From positions 16,430,001-16,494,000 of the forward strand of contig NC_043015.1 of the NCBI RefSeq assembly GCF_006345805.1: a stretch of 64,000 bases of DNA, written 5' to 3'. The stretch comes from Octopus sinensis (taxonomy: Eukaryota). The stretch's first letter is position 1. Every line of letters begins with the position of its first letter. The notes beneath the pieces were generated by a model. That model ran no database searches, was not told where the DNA came from, and saw only the letters and a program-made list of their open reading frames with translations. Made by a program: the position numbers and the translations under genes. Shown here piece after piece: positions 45,006-59,697 of this stretch.

Positions 45006-48000
45006 TAGGTATATAAAGTCATTTCCAAAAGATGTACATATTTTCAGAGAGCTGAGTTATTAATAAAGGCACAAAAGTACATATAATATTTGAAACAACA
45101 TAGTTATGCTGTCCACCCCTCTCTCTCCATCTCTCTCTCTCTCAACACATACATACACAGTCTCACAGACTATAATAGTAGCATTAAAACATTATCTAGA
45201 AGGTAGTAAGTACACAATGGATAAAACATTATGGAAAACCAAGTGTATTCATGAATACAAAGCAATACAATAATATTATTGTAATTTATTGCTGAAAAGA
45301 GGATATGGCTGGATGCCACATCTCAACTACATCACAAAAAATAATTGGCAGTATCTCTCTCCCCTTCTGTGTTAATCCCCAAAGGGAGATAATTTTGATT
45401 TTATTAGATTTACTTCCCTTGATTACAATGTGCTAATTAGTATTGCTTATCATGTGAAATGTAATGTTGGGAACATGCTATTGCCACTTCTATTTTAACA
45501 GATTATGTTACATTTTATAATAATTCTGCTTGTCATTGCATTACGTAGCCCCTCAGTAACATTTTCCCATGATTAGAGAAAAAGAAGGAGAGAGAAGCGT
45601 CAATGATGTAAGGTAGAGGGAATGTAATTGTACTGCTTTCACATGATTAGCTGAAGGGAAAGAGAGGAGAAAGAAAAAGAGAATGAGGTGAAGAGGGAGA
45701 GAAAAGCATCTATAATACGAGGTAGCTGAACTAAGATTTTATATCACCTATCACTTAATGCATGCACATAAGTGCAATTCCATGAAATATTCATGCTTAT
45801 TTATGTGGCAGATATATGAAATTTAACTAAAGGTTGTATCATATGTATGGGATATTTTTTTTTGTTTATGGGGAAAACGGAAAAGTAAGACTGAATATTT
45901 ATTTCATGAGTGTTGTGCATTAAGTCTATAAAACTGTGTATAAAGTATATAAAGTGTATACATAAAGTGCATTAAGTAATCATTGTGTTCCAATTTCTTT
46001 CACTTTTCAATGAGTAGCAGACACAACACAGGCTATGCTTTCAGTCTGTAATTAATTGATAAACAGTATATTGTTATGAGTAGTTAATTGTTACTAATGA
46101 TAAATATTTATTGCAAATACACAAATTAGGGATTTGTTTTAATTTTATTTTAATCTAATTTAATATTTTTATTTTGAAAATTAATATTCGGGGTAGACTA
46201 TGAGCAAGATGGTAAGATAATATCCATTATCTCAGTTTGTAAGACTTGGGAATGTAGCAGGAAGTTTCAATGATGGTTGCTTCTGATAGGCCCCTATGAA
46301 GGAAGTGCCAAGGACTCTACTTGTATGACCCTCTTTGAAACAGCAGCTGACAAAAATAAAAGGATGGATGGGTGAACATGTATACAGTTAACTAGTATTC
46401 ATTCACCATGATTTTGAAGGAAGTAAGATTATATTTATTGTACTTAAGTAATGTTATGTAATATAGGTCACAGTGACTAAAATATATTTCCACCATTATA
46501 TCACAAACTGTCATATGATTGGTAACAACCTCAGGTATAAATAAATACTTAGTTGCTTTGAAAATAGAAGAAATATTTTAATTCATTCTAAGATATCTTA
46601 AAATAAAAGAAATGTGAAATTGAACAGAATGAATGTTCCTAATGCTACTTCATGTTTATATCCTTTTTCCCACATTAGCATGGGTTCAGGAAATATATTA
46701 AAGCATTGTTTTATGTCCAGATGCACTTACTGTCACTAGCCCTTATGTATTTTCAAATAAGAGGTCTCTTATTCCATTTATCTTTGAAATGTGCTAAGTC
46801 AGCAGATGATTTGTTATCAAGAGAAAGAACACCAATAGAGAAGTGCAAATATAAACACACATACACATTTACAACAGGCTTCTTTCAGTTTCCTATGAAC
46901 AAATCCACTTTTGTTGGCCTGAGGCTATAGCAAAAGACATTTACATCCTCTACAACACATCCTCCTAATGTGATTCATAACCACTCTTATACAAATCACC
47001 ATATATAAGTGTGTTTGTGTGTGTGTGTGTGTTGATACTAACATTAACAGCTTTATACATACTGAATCTTCATGCAAAACCTTATGCTGCATTTGGCACC
47101 GTTTCTATAAAGGCTATATTATGGGGTGAGTTGTAAGCTTCCATGTCCAACTCACAATATGGACAGCCAGGTGCTACTACTTGTCTGGTTTCTAACTCGA
47201 AATTTACCTGGTTTGGTTGACCTGCTTCCCATAGTTCAACCAAATAATTTGGCCGATAGAGGTTTATTTTCAGCCAGGTATTTACTTTTTTTTATGTATA
47301 GTTTATCATTGTGCTGCATCATTAATCTTTTATTTTTCTATGTAAAGAATTCTATAGCATTTAGTTGTGCTTTCTTCTCATATCTTTGAAGTAATTGCAG
47401 AACAACATGCGATGAAGTATTTTTCTACCCAGTCCAGGAACAGAAATCACAATCTCATGAAGCCTCCTTGATACACTACATACACACAAAAAAAAAAAAA
47501 AAAAAGACCACTCAACACATTTCATGTGGTTTATTTGTAATAATAGTTTGACTCACAATTACTTTTCTTGAAGTTTCACACACAGGTAAGTAAAAAGAAA
47601 AAAAAAAACTATCTGATTGGGATTTATTTCAGATTTATTAAACTTCAAGTAATGCAATTCTGTATATGTGATTGTTGTTTCCAAATGTCTTCATTAGCAC
47701 TGCTTGAGTAAAATTAGTGCAATTGTTTACATCCTCCAGAAAACAAACATAGTTTCAGCAACTTCATCAGTTTCTCAGTTTAAAAGTGTGAGAACTGGTG
47801 AAATAAAGATATATTTCTTGAAAAACAGGTATGGGTTGGTAAAAGTCTTGGAAAAAATTATCAGCATGGAAAAACAGATGTAAAAGCAAATGGTGATGAT
47901 ACATATACATATGTAAGAACATACATATATAAGAACATATAAGCATCTGTCTGTGTGTGTATATATACACACAGTTTCCTTTAAAGGAATAGAAAAAGCA

Positions 48001-48479
48001 CCAACAAAATTTCAGCATGTCCTCCCTTAAAAAATGTAGGGTGTGATCTGAGTAAGATTTTATTGTTAACTTTAATGAAACCAATTTCATTATAGCTTCA
48101 ATGATGTAAACAAATGTTACATTCATACAGGATATTCCTAGTTACAAAAATATTACCAAACTTCTAAGCAAAGACTCATTAACACCTCTAATGTTAAACC
48201 TTATAATAAATGTGTTATACTACTTTGAAAGATGATTAATAAAAAGATAATTATTTACTTAAAAAAAGGTTGAAGATTTGTTGTAGATTTTTTTTTTCTG
48301 ATTGTATAATTCCTTGTAGCATTTATAACCACTCATTATTAACATGTTTGCTTCTGAACATCTTTATGTTTGAAGAACATTTTCAGAAAAGAATGACCAA
48401 ATCTTTTGTTAAATTTTTAGTGCCATTGCATCTCCATGAGGTTTTTATTGGATATTTCTTCACTATGTGATTCAAATTA

Positions 48480-49900
48480 TTATACTACATTTTCTTCATT
48501 TATTTCATTAAATCCAATTTGATGTGCCAACTCAACAATCCCTTGAATCTGTACAAAAGTACAGACTCCTCAAAGCACAAGAAGTCTGCAATGCAACCTG
48601 GATAAATTTTACTCAAAACAAGATTTATTGCATTTGTTTTAACTTTCTGCTCTGCCAGTGTCAAATTTCCAGTAGCACTCATCATATAGTAACCATACTA
48701 TGTTTGGCAGATTTAGCTTCTTGGAACTTGATAAATTTAGTTTCATGGAACTTGAACAATTGTTTAAAAGTGTTGCACCATAAAATGTAGGCTTTGAATA
48801 TCACAATAAGTTACTGGTCCATAGGTTAAATCAAGGTGGTTGCGTTTAGAAGTAGAAAAACTACATGAACGTTATGTGTTAGGTCATCCAGAATATACTG
48901 ATAACCAAGAGCATTGTCCATGAGAAGCAAGGCTTTATTTTCAAGGTTATTAACCTGACAGTATTCTTTGACAGTTGGGCAGAAACATGAAGCAAATCAA
49001 TCCTGGAACAATGTTCTGGTGACGAAATTTAAAGTAGCTTTCATAGCCACTAGTGCCTTAGTGGTTTGAACTTAGATATCTTGAGATATTAACATCAAGT
49101 GGGTCAGTCAGCCAGTGCTTGGAAGCCTTGAAAGCTGGTGCAGTGTTTTTCTGCTTTTTCTTTAGAAATGTAAGTTTGTCTTGGCATTTGTTTTCAAAAC
49201 AAGCCAGACTCAATCAATGTTAAAAATTTGTTGTGAATGTATCCCCCTTTGTTAATAATATTTTTCAATAAGCCTGGGAATGCAACTTCTTTGTTTGACA
49301 TGAGTGGACTCACCTATTGTCTGTATGATAAACAATTTTGAGTGATTCTTGAAACAATTAAACCAATCATGACTTGCTACAAAGTTTTCACCTTCAACAC
49401 TAGAATCCTGTTTTTACTTTAGGTCAAATGAAATTAAAAGTTTTCATTTGTATGGCAAGTAGCAAAGAGAGAGTTATATTAATGCTTATTCTCCATTGAC
49501 ATGTTCAAAACTTTTCCATATTTTCTATGACACAAGATCCACTCCTTGTTAATATTGTACAAACTAAAGGTACTGCACAAGCTTCAACTTTTTCAGTATT
49601 ACAGCAAATTGTTTATACAGTTGTAGGTCAAGAGATTTTCCAATACATTATATAGTTCACCGTCCATCATTGACTCTCTGTGACATTTCTAATATAGTCA
49701 GTCATGTTAGATTTCTTCTGTTTTAACATTTTTATGTGCCCTCAAGGTGACAATGCACATTGCAACAAGGATGAATAGGTGAATCAAGGAATTGATGTTT
49801 CCAAAGCAAAACTATAAGGAGCAACTTTTACCACCACTCAATTCAAAAGTAAAAATGTGGCTAGTTTTGAAGATGGCAGACTTCATATAGTTTGCAACTC
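48480..49900 (-). mobile_element. Heavily decayed Tigger-like transposase
   Basis: Minus strand reads LLMDNALG..NVHVVFLLLNATTLI*PMDQ*LI..FKAY; ends not defined. Confidence 0.7.
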
Positions 49901-50094
49901 AACTACTTTCTTTTAATATGCATACCTGCTTGTATCTATGTTCTCTTAAGTATTTGTACTAATTTAATATAATTTTTCATTTAATATAATGTCCAGAAGA
50001 AAGGCAACTTGTTGAATGAAAATCCAAAAGAATACATTATGTACTTAGCAAACAAGGAGTGTTGTGAAAATTTTAAGTGAATTAATAAATATTA

Positions 50095-50615
50095 GCTTCA
50101 AATCTTGGCACAAGGCCAAGCAATTTGGGGGGAAGGGGTAAGTCAATTACATTGACCCCAGTATTCAACTGGTACTTATATTATCAACTCCAAAAGGATA
50201 AAAGGCCAAGTTGACCTCAGCAGAATTTGAACTCTGAACATACAGATGAACGAAAAACTGTTAAGCATTTTGCCCAGCATGCTAACAATTCTGCCAGCTC
50301 ACTGCTCTTTAAAATGCTTCATAACGTAAGTCTCCCATGGTGGAATCAGAACACAGAACATAAAGCTGCAAATCATTTTGCTCAACATACTAGCAGGACT
50401 GCTAACACACCACCCAAGTGAATTAATAAATATTGGTGTCAAATTTTGGCACAAGGCCAGCAAGTGCAAGTACCACCTGGTACTTATTTTATTGATCCTG
50501 AAAGGAAGAAAGGCAAGTCGACCTCAGTGGCATTTATCTCTGAACACAGACAGGCAAAATGTTATACATTTTGCTCAGTAGGCTAACAATTCTGCCAGCT
50601 TACCACCTTTGAATT
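50095..50615 (-). mobile_element. Two adjacent S2 SINE copies
   Basis: ~50095-50325 and ~50435-50615 both match the S2 family. Confidence 0.75.
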
Positions 50616-50828
50616 AAAAAATATAAAAAATATCCTGAGTTAGAATGTATTGATTTGTGTCTATCAAATATATTTATTCCTTGTTTTCCTTTTTCATTTT
50701 ATATTTTAAGTATTATTGTACATAAAAGGAGTTACATCTCGATGGAATAAACAACAAAATTATATCTTCTGTGACAAACATGAAATAACAGATTTGAATG
50801 ATTAGTATACCTTGCTTTTTAAAATACT

Positions 50829-50912
50829 TACTTTAATGAAAGAACGAAAGAAAAAGAAATTACTAATACATACTTTAATGAAAGAACGAAAGAAAAAGAA
50901 ATTACTAATACA
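50829..50912. repeat. Perfect 42-bp tandem duplication
   Basis: tactttaatgaaagaacgaaagaaaaagaaattactaataca x2. Confidence 0.95.
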
Positions 50913-51518
50913 TACACTTTAAAAATTGTTATTTTACAGTTTCCAGTTATATCTGATCTTCATTAATGTTATAACAAACAAATTTGAAGTTAAATGAAAA
51001 CTATTTTTAATTTGATGGAAGCAGAAGTTTGAAAAAAAATTTTTTTATACTATATGAGCAAGACCATGAAGCAAATGACTACCCATGTGTAACTATTCAA
51101 ACCAGTTAATGTACAGCCTCAGTACATAGGGTAGAACTGTTCAACTCCAATTTCATGAATGCATGCATGTATGTACATACGTATATATGTCTGTCTGTCA
51201 TTATTTAGTTTTACAAGATTTCTTGCCAATAGAGAAAGAACCGGTTTCTAACCTAGATCTTTATTGGATTTTCTACATCAACAGGGTATTTTCATATGAT
51301 GTATGTATATGTGCAGATTTGTACGTTTTGTTTTATGTATGTATTCTCATGCATGTAGTTGCATATCTAGACATGGTCTTACATACTTAAATGTATGGAT
51401 GTACACCCCCACCCCCTATATATATATATATTGGAGTCTGGACAGCTCCATGGCTGGCCAGCTCCTCTCAAACTGTTCAACCCATGCCAGCATAGAAAAT
51501 GGATGTTAGATGATGATG

Positions 51519-51549
<31 letters not shown>

Positions 51550-54039
51550 TGTATGTATGTATGTATGTATAATTTTGTTGTTTATTTTGAGGTACAAACA
51601 CTGTAGCTTCTATGAATTTTTCCCCCAAATGCTGACATGAATAGCTGAACATGAAAAATGGTAATAAACATAAACAATATTTATTTAAAAGCCAAAGCAA
51701 ATACTAATTAGGGAAAATTTGTTTGTAGAACTTGAAATGAAAGGATTTTGTTCAGTGATGAATATAACCATTGCAAAAACATACATAAATGAAACCATGT
51801 CAATAAATGACTAAAATAAATAGAGGAGGGGTGGAAACAAGAGAAGAAGAAAAAAGTAGGTGAAGAGGGGGGGAAAGGAAGTTAGGGAAAAAGTGGAAGA
51901 GTGTTCTGTAATTTCATGTTTCACATTATCCCATTAAACAGGCAATTTCAGTTAAAAGGACAGTTGTAAGGAATCATGAAATTACAGGAAGGCAATAGAA
52001 CTGATATTATTGATATAATTTTTACATGCAAGAAATAGTTTTTTGCAAGAAAAATTAATTTTGAGCAAATAAATTATGATACCTTTGTTCTATAGGGAAG
52101 TGAAAATAAATTAAATTAAAGAATTTTGTAGATATATTGACCTTCACATTTAAGATTTTCCTAGGTCTGTTTTCACACTTCAAGATAGTGAGGATGGCTA
52201 TATACTGAATTTTAGCTGAAAAAGCACTAATGTTGGGTGCCTCAGCATACCAATGAGAGTTTTAAACATAGCATCATCTGTGAATAATGAGGGGATATGC
52301 TTATTTGTATTAGAAACTAAATTATGAAGAATATTTTGTGGATCATTAAGAGTTCTTATTAACATAAATTGATGTCTCATTCTATTTCTGATTGGGTCTA
52401 AATCTATTAGCCTCTGCGTTTATGGTAATAACTTAATAATAACTATACTAAGGTTGCTGTATACTGAAGTCTTTAAGCATAAATAATTTTATCTTTCCTA
52501 AATTTATGGCCACTCTTGTTACATATGACCAAAAGCCCATTGTCCCTATAAAGGCCACTTCTTAAGCTAGGCAGTTCTTTACACATACAGTCTAAGATAT
52601 AAATTCTGATAATCATACACAATTCAGCCACATCAAATGTACTCATGGGGGATATAAAAAAAACTCAGCACCTTTTCTCTGAATCGAAATGGTGAACTGT
52701 CAAAAATTGTAGGCATTTTCTAGTGGCCCATAAATTTCTTTTCTGTCAATAACAATATTTTGTTGTTTCCTTCATAATGGTTTGATGAATTTCTTGCTTA
52801 CTTAAAAGTATTGCTTTGATTTAGCACATAAATATACTACAGATTGACAATCATTAAGATAATATATGAGCTGTAATATTTAATATTTTCTTTATTGACA
52901 GGAAAGAGGCTTCTGTCTAACACTGCCCCTTTCATACATTTTTTTATGCATTATGGGTTAACTATAGAATAAGTTATACATACAAACAATATATAATACA
53001 TGAATACTGTAAAACAAAATAAGTTAAACCCAGTAAAAAAGAACGTTTTAACAAGAAGTGACTTAAAAAGCCTTTCATGCATTAGGACACATCTAATTCA
53101 TGCTTGTATATCAAAACTGTAGAACTTTCCCCAAGATCATGATTTAGAAACTGAGAGAATCTCCTAGATTTTAAATGATATTAAACAAATCTAATTTGCA
53201 AATCAATTCAGCCCAAAATATTGGCGACTAAATTAATGACAATAGATGGATTGAATTAAGATAATAAATGAAATCACTACAAAAGTAATATACATATTGT
53301 TGACAACGGACAAAATATATAGCTGTATTTAAGAAAAAATTCAAGTAATAATATTTGCACATTAAAAAATATCTCATCAGGGCATTATCAGTAAACATAT
53401 ATGATGAAACAATGAAATTTAAATTACAGAAAAAGTTGTATGTGTACAATGGAAAATGCAATTACAAAAGGCATGGTGAAGTCACAAGGCCTCACACTAT
53501 TTTGAATCCTCTGTCTTTCTCCTCCCACTTTCACCCCTCACTCTGTGTCATTCTCCATTCACCATTATCAACACAATCACTTACTATTTGAGTTACTTCC
53601 CCTTAGCCCTTTAGCATTCTAATTACTGTCAAATGTAATGCTTATTTATTTACATTGCTTTGGCTCATTCATGTATTATCTCATAGCTTCTATATTTTAG
53701 TGATCTGACTGTATGTCCTTAGAATGACATTGTACAGCAGGTGTGAGAAGCCAGATATGGCTGGTTTAAATGCTAAAGGGTTAACATTACACATATTTTA
53801 CTAACATTGGAGTCTGGTGCAGCCCCTCAGCTTACCAGTCCTGGTCAAACCATCCAACCCATGCCAGTATGGACAACAGATGTTAGATGATGATGATGGA
53901 TATTAATACACTGATATCAGGTTCACATATTGGTTAATTCTTTCAGAAGAATGTATAGGTACAGTGGGATAAAAATCAATAATGTTAAACTGGTAAACTT
54001 ACAGTTTTGCTTATCAGTAATGTTACTAAATCATTCTAT

Positions 54040-54800
54040 ATCATCATCATCATTAGTTAACGTTCACCTTCCATGCTGGCATGGGTTGGATGGTTTGACA
54101 GGATCTTGCTAGGGGGGAGCCTGCACCAGACTTCCATGCCTGTTTTGGTAGGGTCTTTACAGCAGAGTGCTTTTCCTAACACCAACCACTCCACAGAGTA
54201 GACTGAGTGTTTTTTACATGGTACTAGCACGGGCAAGGTTTTTATAGCTGGATGCCCTTCCAAATGCCAACCACTTTATAGTGTGGACCGGGTGCTTTTT
54301 ACGTGGCATCAACACTGCCAGGGTCACCAAGTAACTTGCAAGACAAAAAATCTTTGAGAGGGGAGAGGGTACTGGAGGAGGTGATCTTGTATCAGATGAT
54401 GAAAGTTTATAGTGAGACAAAAACAGGTGTCTTTTCCTGTAGAGGAGGTACATGGTTACCCAGTAAAAATGAGAGAGAAAGAGAGTGATTAGGAATGAGG
54501 ACAGAGACAGGTGTGCTGCTGCCAGAGGGAAGAGCAGAAGGAGAGAGTGGGAGGCAGCAAGAAAGCAGGAGAGAGATGGTGGTAAAGTGCTGGACATAGT
54601 CACAAGGGATTGGGATCAGAATATAAAAGGGATGGTCAAGTAAAAGAAGAGAGAGAGAGAGAGAGTTGGTGGCAAGTGCCAGGGCATACCATTGAGGTAT
54701 GGAGGTAATAATATAAGTGGCAGGACATTGTCAAAGAAATGTGAGTAGAGAGTAGGGGAGGGGAATGCAGTGAGTGGTGAAAACCTGGATGGTGGGCTAC
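54040..54800 (-). mobile_element. 3' UTR fragment of the old RTE family
   Basis: Reverse complement matches ~43050-43605. Confidence 0.7.
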
Positions 54801-56003
54801 CAGAGAGCAATATATATAATTATATAAAAAAAATTTTTTAAGATGTATATACTTTTAATTTTATGTTCAATCAGATTTAGAATATGTTTACTAATTATTT
54901 CTAGCTCGGTTTTGGCTGGTTCATTCAGTCCACATTTAGGGTTAAATTCTCCATTTGAATTCCTGGAATGAACATACGCAGAAAATCATAAAGAGTAAAC
55001 AGATACTCATGTACTAAAAAGACCTGTACATCCATCGCATGAGCACAAGTCTATCTACACGCACAACTACTTATATGCACATACTAACTCATATTTACAA
55101 AGTTCTGCAACAGTTTTGATTAAAACAAAAAAAGCCATGACACTTTGTTAGTGACCAGTTGAATTCAGTGAAGAACTTCATTAAATCTCAAACAAAGACA
55201 GACATACCAAACAAATACTTACCAAATAATTACCAACACAACACCCAGTTAAAATACCCAATAATCTTCAATTCACCTATCATAGGAACTACACAGTAGT
55301 GGTAGAAACAGTAAAGAAAAACAACTGCATGTTTATAAGGAAGTAGTTGAAGCATGGTGAGTTAGCCTTTGCCAATCAGCCAAATTAATTTGTGGGCTTT
55401 TGTCTGGTGTTGGGTGTCTAGAGTGTAGATGAATGATACTTGTATACAGAAGTTTAGAGTAGGGTGTTATCATCTGCACAAGAATGTGTGTGTAAGTGTG
55501 GTTAACAAATAACAGAAAGAACATTAATGCACAGACAAAAGAGTGTGGGAGACATAGTAAAACCTTGAGATATGTGGGAATTGATAAAGCTATGTCAGAG
55601 AATGAAGCTGCATGGCAGAAAAGTTTTGAACCAAGAAGTGAGGGATCAAAGGAATATGTAACTGGATATAAGAATCAAATTCATGTGATGTCCAAAGTAA
55701 GGTATACAATGGGATACACAGTATGCATTGCAAGAATTTTGAGATTGGTTATTAAGTACATTTTTAATTTTACAGTTAGAAATATAGAAAAAGCAAAACT
55801 CATCATGATGACAAAAGAGGCAAAATGAATATATAACATTAGAACATAGTCAAAACATTTCTAATTACATAAATCTTCAGGAAGACAAATCAATCAAAAT
55901 CATTTTTACCATCAATATTCTATCTACCATCCAAGATGATACTGAGAAAATCGTCATCCCATTTTATTTTCCAGTGTCTGAATAATTAATATGCTGGACT
56001 CAT

Positions 56004-56206
56004 AAGGCAGTGAGCTGGCAGAATTGTTAGCACACTGGGCAAAATGCTTAGTGGCATTTCATCTGTCTTCATGTTCTGATTTCAAATTTTGCCAAAGTCA
56101 ACTTTGCCTTTCATCCTTTCAGGGTCAATAAAATAAGTACCAGTAGAGCACTGGGGTCAATGTCAACTCCCACTAAATTGCTGGCCTTGTGCCAAAATTT
56201 GAAACC
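56004..56206 (+). mobile_element. SINE family S2, complete with TSD
   Basis: 16-bp TSD aatat(g/a)ctggactcat at 55988-56003 and 56207-56222. Confidence 0.85.
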
Positions 56207-57146
56207 AATATACTGGACTCATGGCAAACGTCTTTACCATAAAACATGTAGAAGAGTGAATAACTTACATGCACTCATTGACATGAGACTCAGCTAAAAT
56301 AAGAAACATGTGATACTGGTTAACACACAATATGTTACATCTGTTACAGAAATAAGCTAGTCTTGCCTTGAGCCACTCAGTCACAAATAACAACTAACTG
56401 ATACACTGATGGAAGAAAAATGATGATATCAAAGATATTCAAAATATGATCACAAACTGTTTCAAACTATGCAACTACATTGTCTTGCACATGCCTATAC
56501 ACATGCTCTATCCTCTTTCATGTCATGGACATGCATGGATAAATAAGCACAAAATACCATTTTATCTCCTGACCAGACATTCACATATGCACCAAAATAT
56601 GTACAACAACAGACTCTATAGCCACAAATCATTATAGTAGACAACAGTATAGTATATTCGTTACTTAAAGTGCTTTGATGTATTGACTGGATTTTTCAGT
56701 CTTAAATTACAAGCAAAGATATTTTCAGATAAGTTAAAATCAATATATCTTAATAAAAAAGCAATATTTTTAGCAGTTAAATTATTTATATTTCCATGCC
56801 TACTTTTCATCTATTATTTCTAATTTGGGATTTAACCTGTAATTTTAGAACTGCTTGTGTAAAAGTTTTATTTTTTCAATGATATTAATAACTAAAGTTC
56901 CTCAGCTTAGATATAACTATTATAACTTTTGCTTTAACTACTTCTAATCTTTTGTAGAATCTTTACACTTGGTCTATTTATTATAAATAAATCACTATTA
57001 ATAAAAAAAGAGCACTATTATTTATATTCACATTTCCAATAAATTAGACATGTATTCTAGGTGTTCATATCATCTACTATATTTCATACTACACTGGGTT
57101 TAAAATTGTATATTCTCCAATCATTCTCTCCTGTCTCTTTCTCTCA

Positions 57147-57148
<2 letters not shown>

Positions 57149-57236
<88 letters not shown>
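57149..57236. repeat. (CT)n(GT)n compound microsatellite
   Basis: Direct reading. Confidence 0.95.
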
Positions 57237-57238
<2 letters not shown>

Positions 57239-57412
57239 ACAGAGAGGGGGAAAGAAAGAAAACCCACTATAGATTGAAATATGGAAGATGCTATTAATAC
57301 TTAGAATACATGCAACTCAGCAACTATATTTTAGTGTTTCAGCTACACAATACTCCCAAAGCATCAAAAACCTATGTTAAAAATACATGTTTTCAATATA
57401 ATTCTTGCTAAA

Positions 57413-57415
<3 letters not shown>

Positions 57416-57484
<69 letters not shown>

Positions 57485-57612
57485 ATATATATATATATAT
57501 GTATATATAATATATATATATATATATATAATATATATACACACACACACATATATGTATGTGTGCAGATATGTATATATATATATTTTTGCTATATATA
57601 TATATATATATA
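57416..57612. repeat. Compound TA-rich microsatellite
   Basis: Direct reading. Confidence 0.95.
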
Positions 57613-57614
57613 TG

Positions 57615-58329
57615 TCATCATCATTTAACATCCGTTGTCCATGGTGGCATGGGTTGGACACTTTGCCCAGAGCTGGTAAGCTGAGGGGCTGCACCAGACT
57701 CCTATCTGATTTAGCATGGTTTCTACATCTGGATGCCCCTCCTAATGCCAACCACTCTGAGAGTGTAATGGGTGCTTTTACATGCCACTGGCACAGGTTC
57801 CAGTTGCATGACACTAGTATCTGCCACAACTATGATTTCACTTGGCTTGATAGGTTTTCTCAAGCACGGCATACAGCCAAAGGTCTCGGTCACTAGTCAT
57901 TGCCTCTGTGAAACACAACACTTGAAGATCATGCTTTACCACCTTGTCCCATGTCTTCCTGAGTCTACCTTTTCCACAGTTCCCCTCCACAGTTAGAGAT
58001 CAGCACTTTTTTGCATAACTATCCTTGCCCATATGATCACATGACCATACCAGCACAGTCATCTCTCTTGCACACCACAACTGATGCCTCTTATAACCAA
58101 CTTTTTTCTCAAGACACTTACACTCTGTTGTATTTACACACTGATATTGTACATCCAGTGAAGCATGCTAGCTTCATTTTTTTCAAGCCTATACATGTCC
58201 TCAGCAGTCAAGGCCCATGCTTCACTGCCGTGTAGCATAGCTGTTTTCACACAAGCATCAGGGCCCTTTGTTGCCAATATGTGTATGCTAGCATGGGAAA
58301 CGGACGCTAAATGATGATGATGATGATGA

Positions 58330-58376
<47 letters not shown>

Positions 58377-59035
58377 GCACATGCACACACACACACATAT
58401 ATATATCATTATCATCACTTAACATCCATCTTCCATGTATGCATGGGTAGGATAGTTCACAGAAGCTAGCCAGGTAGAAAAACTACCCTATGCTACTCTG
58501 TTTTGGCAGGGTTTTTATGGTTGGATGCCCTTCCTAACACCAATCACTCTGTAGAGTGGACTTAGTGCTTTTTACATAGCACTAGCACAGGTGAGGTTAG
58601 TTTTGGTATGATTTTTACAGCTGGATGACCTTCCAAATGCCAAAGACTTTACAGTGTGGACTGGATGCTTTTTATGTGGCACCAGCCCTGGCAGGCTCAC
58701 CAAGTAACTTGCAAGACAAGGAATTATTAGAGGGGTAGGAGCATTTGAGGAGAGGAACACATATCAGAGGATGAAAGGTCAGAGAGTGACAAAGAGACAG
58801 AAAGGTAGAAATAGGTGTCTTGCTATAATAGAGGGGGTATTGGACAAGCTGATCCAGTATTAAATGACGAAAGGTTTGAGTGTGCCAGAGAAATAGGGAG
58901 GCAAAATAGGTGTGCTGTTGTAAAGGGGATACATGGCTACCCAGCCAGAGGGAAGAGAGTAGGAAACAGCAAAAGTATAAGAGAGCAGGAGACATGGTGA
59001 CATGTCAGAGTATACTCACAAGTAACAAGGATCAA
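57615..59035 (-). mobile_element. Two RTE 3' fragments (~57615-58260 and ~58405-59035) separated by a short + tail and microsatellites
   Basis: Shared RTE tail ccaacccatg..catgga..(gat)n; ORF2 remnant DACVKTAMLHGSEAW. Confidence 0.7.
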
Positions 59036-59052
59036 AGCATAGATGTGATGGT

Positions 59053-59127
<75 letters not shown>

Positions 59128-59416
59128 AACCTAGAACAATTATTTTAAAGAAAAATTTAGTAAGAACACAATACCCATGTAATTCCAAAGTCTTCCTTTT
59201 TCTTTATTAAGTTTTTACTTTTTCTTATTGTGCTACTGATGAGTACTCTTTGACAACTCAGATTTTTAAAATGAACTTATTGTTTTTCTGTATGAAACGA
59301 TCATCTAAGTGAATTGAATAAATACTTTATACCATATTAACATCAAATCTCTTCCATTTATAAAAAAATATGACTGAATTTGTCAAACTTCATTCTACTA
59401 CTTAAATCATATACCA

Positions 59417-59697
59417 GGGCATCTGGTTGTAGAAAATCCATCTCAACAAATTCCATCCAACCCATGCAAGCATGGAAAAGTTAAATAATGATAATGATTG
59501 TGTGTGTGTGTGTAGACAAATCAATTTAATCAGTTCTATTACCTCCTACTTGTCCATTACCTACAAATTTGGCTATGTTACTAGATAAAAAAAGGCCTTG
59601 TATGTGTGTATGTGTGAAGGCACATGGCCTTCTTTTGCCCTTTTTTATTACCCTATGCATATATGTATGTACGTTTGTATATATGTTTGATTATATA
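59417..59697 (+). repeat. Direct duplication, copy 1 (copy 2 at 61048-61379)
   Basis: Near-identical apart from (GT)n length and one poly-A base. Confidence 0.92.

Noticed and set aside
47580-47592. Perfect CAG|GTAAGT donor on +
   Set aside because: No acceptor or coding frame upstream
47735-47778. Minus-strand CTGATGA-AG(TTG)CT-GAAAC
   Set aside because: 2-bp stem II and stem I out of register in low-complexity sequence
51225-51290. Minus-strand GAAACCGGTT resembling a hammerhead 3' half
   Set aside because: No CUGANGA upstream
55223-55288. Exon-like segment on - with good AG and GTAAGT signals
   Set aside because: Stops in all three frames; could only be a UTR exon and there is no support for that
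55496-55828. 110-aa ORF on +
   Set aside because: No recognisable motif or convincing splice context
57364-57896. ORFs of 60-160 aa rich in YI/HT/CV repeats (also 40101, 51379, 58910, 63636)
   Set aside because: Translations of microsatellites
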